Shown: positions 58,283 to 64,000 of the stretch, piece after piece
Layout: each line of letters opens with the position of its first letter
Numbering within the stretch: position 1 is the stretch's first letter
Program-made: the position numbers and the translations under genes
Notes under the pieces: generated by a model
Databases searched by the model: none
Seen by the model: only the letters and a program-made list of their open reading frames with translations
What the model was told of the DNA's origin: nothing
Virus record (IMG/VR): IMGVR_UViG_3300037524_002067
Location: 90,344 to 154,343 of that record
Reading direction: 5' to 3' (one strand)
DNA: 64,000 bases
DNA from: a virus

Positions 58283-59065
58283 TTATATTTTTTTAATTGT
58301 CCAACCACCTTGTGTGCTTTTCTGAGTTCCTCTTAAAATATTTTTAAAAAGACACACTTTTATATTGTTTTCTCTATAAAATTTAGACATGTTTTTTATT
58401 AAAAATATTTCACCTGAAGGTGATGATATTTTATATAACACATTTGCTCTTCTTTCGTTTCCAAAGTTGTTTAACCTTACAATGTCTCCAATTTTTTTAG
58501 ATCTTTTTTTACCTTTTCCTGGGTTTATATATCCAGGGCTATTAGTAAATAATAGCATTTTAATTCTTTGTTCCTCTCTTTTTTTTGCAGTCCATCTTTT
58601 TTTAGATGATTCTCTCATCTTTTTTTTAGAATCCTCAGATACAATTTTTAACTTAAGATATACTTGTCTATCACGTCTAGCTTGTTCAAAATCTAAATCA
58701 TTTTCTATAACTCGATTTTTACCAGTTTTCATCATGGTAAAAGCAAAGCACAAAAATCTTGTAAAAATGTGGTTTTTTCCAAAGTTCTTTTTAAAAGAGA
58801 GCCACAATAATTTGTGTGCACAATAATGTTCTTTGGCTGATAAGTTTATTAATAAATTATTATTGCCAAAAACACATTTTGGAAAAATGTGGTGTTTTTC
58901 ATAATAATCTACAAGCGTGTTGTCTTTATTTTTATTTTTTATTAAATCAAAATACTCAATTAATTCGTCGTTTTTAAAGCTAAAAGTTGTAAAAAAATCA
59001 ATGGAGGTTACACCACTGTTGATGATAATAAGTTTATTTGGTCCATTGAATGAGACTTTTGCCAT
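58283..59065 (-). mobile_element. free-standing HNH homing endonuclease (NUMOD-type DNA-binding tail) fused to a duplicated N-terminus of the downstream gene
   Basis: YYEKHHIFPKC..G.N..LINLSAKEHY.AH.LL HNH core; SEDSKKKMRES and NPGKGKKRS NUMOD3-like; C-terminal SPSGE..GGW. Confidence 0.85.
58997..59065 (-). repeat. diverged direct repeat, copy 1 (fused to HNH)
   Basis: MAKVSFNGPNKLIIINSGVTSID versus MALVTFDGPNKLIIINSGVTTID. Confidence 0.9.
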
Positions 59066-59122
59066 TGTAAATTCATTTTAATAAAATATAAAGATTTCGA
59101 AATTAAAATCAATGATTTTTTA

Positions 59123-60616
59123 TTAAGTGTTAGAGTAGTTACGCTCAAGAGCAGATACCAACGAGAACGAGTTTGCATTCGATCTAATAATGGTACCAGT
59201 TGTTGACACGTATTGACCAGTCGATAAACCTAAAGCTACAATTGTAACGTCAGCTGTTGTACCAGATGTTCTACCACCCTGAGTATTACCATCATAATCG
59301 AAGTCAAAGTTTACAAATGTAACACCACTACAAGTTCCAGTAATAGGATTTCCAGAGTTGTCGTTAACAATTATAGCATTTGATGTTCCGAAGTTTCCTC
59401 CTGGGTTTGTTGTAAAATACATCTTGAAAATTGAAAAGTTGTCATTGGTCAAGTTTTCATTGAATGAAATTGAACCAGCTGCAACGAATGGGAATGTATG
59501 TAAAACACCAAACACATCATAAAACTCAATCGCGTTTGTATCGGTTGAATTAAAGTTGTCAATGTATACACCATCCTCTGTAACTAAAGTATCACCCACG
59601 AAACGCAACAAAGCATCAGCTGTTTTACCACTAACATTTCCAAAAGGAGGTCCAGCATATCCTGAGTTAATGTTACCAGGTTTTCTTAATTGTCTTTGAG
59701 TAAATTCATAAATCTCCTCTTTGGAGCCAGTATTACCACTTATAATTTTATTAAATGCGTAATATGATCCACCAATATTTCGTTCCCCAGTATAAGCTGA
59801 CCAAGCTGTTGACTGTAAAGCTCTAGAACCCCCACCAGATGTATGGGCGGATATAGAGATATACCATCTATTATCTACAGAGTCTTTTACAACATGATGA
59901 AAACCATAAACCTGAGATGTTGCCCATGTAGTAAAACCACTACCCTTAAGATAGTTGATTGACATACCAGTATAAGGCGAAAGAGTATCAACATCATTAT
60001 CTGTAGCTTCAATTTTTAAGTCAGTAGAGTTACCCAACGGAAACGCATAAACCTGGTACGTAACAGTACTTTGACCAATATCTGCCAAAGCAGATTGATC
60101 ATACAAGTTTTGATATTCACGTACAAATATTTTAAAGAAATTTCTATAGTCTGTGATTGTAGATCCAGAGTTATAAATCTGAACAGCTTGGTTAACCGCC
60201 CCTGTTAAAACCACGTTTGTAGAACCAGAATTTGCATTTTGTTGATAATAAACCTGGCTACCATCAACAATGCTACCCAAAGTGATTACACCCATATATT
60301 CTTCTATAGAGTTGTTAGAGGAGTCTTTATATGCCCAACCACCATCTCTAACCAATTCTCTTGTGGTTCCACCAGAGAAATTCCATCCGTTAATAAAGTC
60401 AAACTTCTGCTCCGTAATCGCAATTAATGGAAATGGAAACTTAATTAAGTTAGAGTCGTTTTTCCATTCTTCTTTTGTAAAAGAATATATGGCTTGCATA
60501 GTTACACCATCATTGCTTAAGTTTCCAAGTTTAGACAACAATATTCTTTTTGTCGCCGTATCAAACGTTATTTCTACACCTTGATTTAATGAATCTGGAT
60601 CTGTTATTTTTGCCAT
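59123..60616 (-). CDS. putative virion structural protein
   Basis: 497 aa beta-rich, T/S/G/N-rich; late motif at 60648-60655. Confidence 0.7.
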   Translation of the reverse strand: MAKITDPDSLNQGVEITFDTATKRILLSKLGNLSNDGVTMQAIYSFTKEEWKNDSNLIKFPFPLIAITEQKFDFINGWNFSGGTTRELVRDGGWAYKDSSNNSIEEYMGVITLGSIVDGSQVYYQQNANSGSTNVVLTGAVNQAVQIYNSGSTITDYRNFFKIFVREYQNLYDQSALADIGQSTVTYQVYAFPLGNSTDLKIEATDNDVDTLSPYTGMSINYLKGSGFTTWATSQVYGFHHVVKDSVDNRWYISISAHTSGGGSRALQSTAWSAYTGERNIGGSYYAFNKIISGNTGSKEEIYEFTQRQLRKPGNINSGYAGPPFGNVSGKTADALLRFVGDTLVTEDGVYIDNFNSTDTNAIEFYDVFGVLHTFPFVAAGSISFNENLTNDNFSIFKMYFTTNPGGNFGTSNAIIVNDNSGNPITGTCSGVTFVNFDFDYDGNTQGGRTSGTTADVTIVALGLSTGQYVSTTGTIIRSNANSFSLVSALERNYSNT

Positions 60617-60673
60617 TTCTTAATTTTTTTTGATTTGAAATCTTACTAATAAATAGATAATAATTTGTGTTTT

Positions 60674-62938
60674 TTAAGGATTCAAATAATTTCTATCAAT
60701 TTGTTGTTGTATTGGTATACTAACCCCATTTGAACCCAATGTTATGTCTTCAAGAAGTATATATTGATATCCCAAATTGTGAATAACAATATCAACAGTT
60801 GTGTCTCCAGTGTAATTGTAATTATATGTAAATGTATCTGTGCTATTTTCAACACCAGCCAATTCAACATAGGATGGTTTACTAAACACTCTCACCTCAC
60901 TATTTATTTGCAAATCTGTTAACTCTAACGTTTTTGCGTTGTTTATAACTGTTGTTCCACCACTAACATTAATAAAAGTACCTGGGTTTGCACCATTAAT
61001 AGCTTCAATAGTAAGTGTTCCACCTGTTGAAGCGTTTTCTATATCATATGTATTACCAGCAAAAAGGTTTCCATCCATAGTTACACTTCCTGAAAAAGTA
61101 AACCTTATAGCTTTATTGTTGTCAGAAAATGTACAATTTGTTACACTAGCAAACTCAGTTGCGGAAGTTACAATAAGAGCTCTTTCATCAATACATGAAG
61201 AAATAGTGCAATTATCTAAAATCATACCTCTTAAATTAAACTCACCACAAGAGTTAAAAATAGTGTTAGATAGAGTGATGCCAGATCTTGGATTTATTGG
61301 TTTTGCACCAATAACCTGAAGACCCGAAAAATCATATGTAGCAGCTAAACTAGATCCTGAATGAAAACCCCAATGATATGGAGACAAAGAAGAAATAACA
61401 GAGTTTCTATGTTTAATTGTATCACTAGGACCAGCCCAATATGTAATTCCAGCTACACCATTAGCTGAACAATAATTAACCTGAGAAGTGGTTCTATTAT
61501 AAATCCTTGGAAATTCTATAGCAGTTGCATCCAAATCTAAATATGTAGTTTCAGTACCACCACTACCTATTCTAATTGGTTGATATATGATGGCTTGAGA
61601 ACCACCTTGTTGAACCACTGATTTTCTTTCATGCCCATCTGATGCTGCAAGTACTATTCCAGGTATGTTAATTGGTGTACCAGAACTTCCACCACAAATT
61701 GTTGTTGTATCTAATACCCATAAAGAATAAAAATCCCAAATAGTTGTTCCAACACCACCACCAGAAACAGCAAAACCGAATACGTCTATTGCTGAAAAGT
61801 TTGTCGAACCAGTTGTCTGCAATAAACCACTTGTGTTTAAAGAGTTTATAATCAAAGGCACATCTCGCTGATATCCAAAAGGTGTTCCTTTTCCATGAAC
61901 ATGCCAGGTTGACCAGTTAGATGTTGTAGATCTCATTCCAAAAAGTATTCCCTTTCTAGCTGTAGCTGGTCCAATATTTTGAATTTGACCAGGTGTGGAA
62001 GGTCCAGTGTGAACAAGCACATTTTTACCAGTTACGTTTACGTTATTTGCTACAGCTAAGTCCAAAGCTACACCTGCCCAGTTTTTAGAGTTTGAAATTG
62101 AAGTTACACGCGCAGCAGAGTGATAAGAGTTAATACCAACGTCGGTTTGTGCAGCAAGAGTAGCGTCAGCTGCTGTAACACCACAAATACTAATATAAAA
62201 GTTGGTATCAAAAGTGGTGGCCATTGCAGCATTACCATTATAAGCTGTAGTCCCATTAATTGGATCTACATATATTGAAGAGTCTGATGCGCAAAAAGCA
62301 GGAATTTCAGTAGCGCCAGAAGATGGTGGCGCAACCTGTAAAGCTAATTTTACCCCAGAACCAGTAGCAATAACAGAGCAAGTTACATTAGAAGCGGTGT
62401 TTCCTGTTTGAGTTTTATATCCCCAACCAATACCAGAAGATTGAGCTGTACCATCTTCTCCGTTTAATAAAGAAACAGGTCCCTCTATAATAGATGGAAC
62501 ACTAACTACCGAATTACTTACAGCGTATATTATTAAACTATTTGCTACTGTTGTTGTAATTACTGGTAATTGATATTTTGAAACTGCTCCTTGTGAGGCC
62601 ATAGCATACCTTGCTGTTGGTCCAAAAGGATTTGTCACATTTACGTCTCTTATAGAAACAATAGAACCGTTAAAAGTTTCTGCAACAGTTGTTTGGAATG
62701 GGCTTTCTTCTGGTTCATTTGCGGTTGCTATTTTATAAAGGACTGCTAATTGAGATGTGTTTGTTGCTGCAGATAAAAGAACCCAACCGCTACTTCCAGA
62801 CCAAACACCAGCACCTGTATCGACGGCTATAATTGCTAATAACAAATCACTTTGCTGATACGAAGGTGTAGGAATAGCAAAAAACGTTCCTGCTGTGGAA
62901 GTCTGCAAATTAGATGAAAAACCTACGATTTTAGGCAT
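60674..62938 (-). CDS. putative virion protein with C-terminal beta-helix-like region
   Basis: Repeated N.IF/NCTI/NCTF/N.F.GN pattern; ends RNYLNP; late motif at 62952-62959. Confidence 0.65.
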   Translation of the reverse strand: MPKIVGFSSNLQTSTAGTFFAIPTPSYQQSDLLLAIIAVDTGAGVWSGSSGWVLLSAATNTSQLAVLYKIATANEPEESPFQTTVAETFNGSIVSIRDVNVTNPFGPTARYAMASQGAVSKYQLPVITTTVANSLIIYAVSNSVVSVPSIIEGPVSLLNGEDGTAQSSGIGWGYKTQTGNTASNVTCSVIATGSGVKLALQVAPPSSGATEIPAFCASDSSIYVDPINGTTAYNGNAAMATTFDTNFYISICGVTAADATLAAQTDVGINSYHSAARVTSISNSKNWAGVALDLAVANNVNVTGKNVLVHTGPSTPGQIQNIGPATARKGILFGMRSTTSNWSTWHVHGKGTPFGYQRDVPLIINSLNTSGLLQTTGSTNFSAIDVFGFAVSGGGVGTTIWDFYSLWVLDTTTICGGSSGTPINIPGIVLAASDGHERKSVVQQGGSQAIIYQPIRIGSGGTETTYLDLDATAIEFPRIYNRTTSQVNYCSANGVAGITYWAGPSDTIKHRNSVISSLSPYHWGFHSGSSLAATYDFSGLQVIGAKPINPRSGITLSNTIFNSCGEFNLRGMILDNCTISSCIDERALIVTSATEFASVTNCTFSDNNKAIRFTFSGSVTMDGNLFAGNTYDIENASTGGTLTIEAINGANPGTFINVSGGTTVINNAKTLELTDLQINSEVRVFSKPSYVELAGVENSTDTFTYNYNYTGDTTVDIVIHNLGYQYILLEDITLGSNGVSIPIQQQIDRNYLNP

Positions 62939-62982
62939 TGTTTTATTTTTTTATAAATATTGTTAATTAAATTTTTTATATG

Positions 62983-63552
62983 TTATGTGCTCACAGTCCA
63001 ACCAGTAATTTTATTTTGAGAGTTTCTATTAAATTGAAAATTTCTTATTCCAAGAGCTCCATTATCTTTGGTAAGTCCAGTAATTGAATTATTTGCATCT
63101 CTTCCTATTATAATTAATGTTCCTTTTGGTGTAACCACGCTATCAATTATTGTAGATCCACTTATTGTACCAGAACCAATTGCTGAATTAAAATTTGAAA
63201 CTCCACTTACGTAAACATTATCTATTGTTAAACCAGTTATGTTAATTGTAGGTTTTGATAATGTGCCACCAGTAAAAGTATTCAAACCAGATTGAACAAG
63301 AGTAGTTAAACCTGTAACAATATTGTCATTAAAAATATTGGTTATTACAGTAGATAAACTATTGGCACCAGAAAATATGGTGTTAGCCGATAAATCACCA
63401 AGAATTTGAACATCGCCGCTAATAGTATCTCCAGTTGAATTTACAAAAAGATCATGTACAGATATTAAATCTGGACCAATATATATTGTAGTAGAACTAA
63501 ATGTATTAGAACTAAAACTATCAACAATTATTTGATCTACGTGTAAACTCAT
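62983..63552 (-). CDS. tail fibre-like protein
   Basis: GDTISGD, LSANTIFSG, VQSGLNTFTGGT module. Confidence 0.6.
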   Translation of the reverse strand: MSLHVDQIIVDSFSSNTFSSTTIYIGPDLISVHDLFVNSTGDTISGDVQILGDLSANTIFSGANSLSTVITNIFNDNIVTGLTTLVQSGLNTFTGGTLSKPTINITGLTIDNVYVSGVSNFNSAIGSGTISGSTIIDSVVTPKGTLIIIGRDANNSITGLTKDNGALGIRNFQFNRNSQNKITGWTVST

Positions 63553-63558
63553 TTTTTA

Positions 63559-63999
63559 TTATCTATAACCTTCCCCTATTTCACAACAAGACCAAAAAAC
63601 ACTAGAAGAAAAAGCTGTGGTTGAATTTGAATTTATAGTAAAACCACTAGCTGTTCTTGATTCTATTGACCAAGTTCTATTTATTTCTCCAGTCACATTA
63701 ATTGAATATAAATTATTTGGAAATGGAGTTGTAAAAGTCACCGATGATTTTCTTGGACTTCCAACAAATGTACTTCCAGATAATAATCCAGCTTTCTGTA
63801 ATAAATATCCATTTTTTTGATGGAATAAATTATGAATATTTGTAGAACCTGAATATATTGACCCTCCAGATATTGTTGTTGCAGAAACAGATGATAATGT
63901 TGCAGCAGAAATATTAACAGTTGGGGCGGCGCTTGTTCCACCTGTATATGTATTTAAACCTGGTTGCACCAATGTGGAAGAACCAGAACCAGTTGCTTG
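63559..63999 (-). CDS. tail fibre protein, C-terminal part (5' end outside window)
   Basis: Frame open to window end; VQPGLNTYTGGT module and C-terminal VTFTTPF...YSI.....T.SGFTI.....V.W (gp53-C/H-lectin-like tip). Confidence 0.7.
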   Translation of the reverse strand, partial: QATGSGSSTLVQPGLNTYTGGTSAAPTVNISAATLSSVSATTISGGSIYSGSTNIHNLFHQKNGYLLQKAGLLSGSTFVGSPRKSSVTFTTPFPNNLYSINVTGEINRTWSIESRTASGFTINSNSTTAFSSSVFWSCCEIGEGYR

Positions 64000-64000
64000 G

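Noticed and set aside
58283-59065. Group I intron or intein hosting the HNH gene
   Set aside because: ORF is flush with the duplicated start and ends 2 nt before the next ATG, leaving no space for a ribozyme core; no Hint motifs
1-64000. Other short ORFs nested in or antisense to long genes
   Set aside because: No motifs, shadow-frame composition, fully overlapped by well-supported genes
1-64000. Stop-codon reassignment as in some large Bacteroidetes phages
   Set aside because: Conserved genes are full length under the standard code, and TAG/TGA end genes at sensible positions
1-64000. tRNA, rRNA or structured ncRNA genes
   Set aside because: No cloverleaf or T-loop signature noticed in the short intergenic gaps; tRNAscan/Infernal were not run
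49700-64000. Diversity-generating retroelement or shufflon acting on fibre genes
   Set aside because: No reverse transcriptase or invertase, no adenine-specific TR/VR pair, no inverted cassettes seen
1-64000. Bacterial chromosome origin suggested by clpC, rpoD, dnaE, ssb, uvrD and rnhA
   Set aside because: These genes are divergent and interleaved with T4-like portal, terminase, baseplate and tape measure genes, as typical of jumbo phages

Overview
AT-rich (roughly 30% GC by eye), densely coding 64 kb segment of a large T4-like/jumbo myovirus genome, almost entirely on the minus strand. The host is probably Bacteroidetes: there are TTTG-N20-TAnnTTTG promoters, few Shine-Dalgarno sequences, and Bacteroidetes-style short RpoD, NrdJ and Hc1-like genes. 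Left part (1-23.3 kb): ClpC-like ATPase, RadA-like ATPase, SSB, NUDIX, UvrD, catalytically degenerate DnaQ, sigma70, HAD hydrolase, class II RNR with a LAGLIDADG intein, DnaB-like helicase, 5'-3' exonuclease, RecA and a family A polymerase. Middle (23.3-49.7 kb): baseplate hub with a C39-like peptidase, gp53-like wedge, a 22-aa-repeat baseplate/tube protein, tape measure, two gp26-like proteins, RNase HI, DnaE, portal and a terminase with a mini-intein. Right (49.7-64 kb): tail-fibre/lectin module (multi-LamG proteins, SGGT-repeat fibres) interrupted by a free-standing HNH endonuclease that duplicates the 5' end of its neighbour. The most striking inferred system is a three-tier transcription programme. 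A divergent 564-aa ECF-like sigma factor (5274-6959) sits behind a late-type motif and carries putative head-protease/capsid-targeting motifs, so it may be virion-packaged. Two matching ECF-type promoters (TGAAAC-N17-CGTATAAC) drive stand-alone genes. A second phage RpoD-like sigma occurs with TAnnTTTG promoters, and a recurrent TATTTATN motif precedes the structural genes. All calls come from manual motif recognition; no searches were run.
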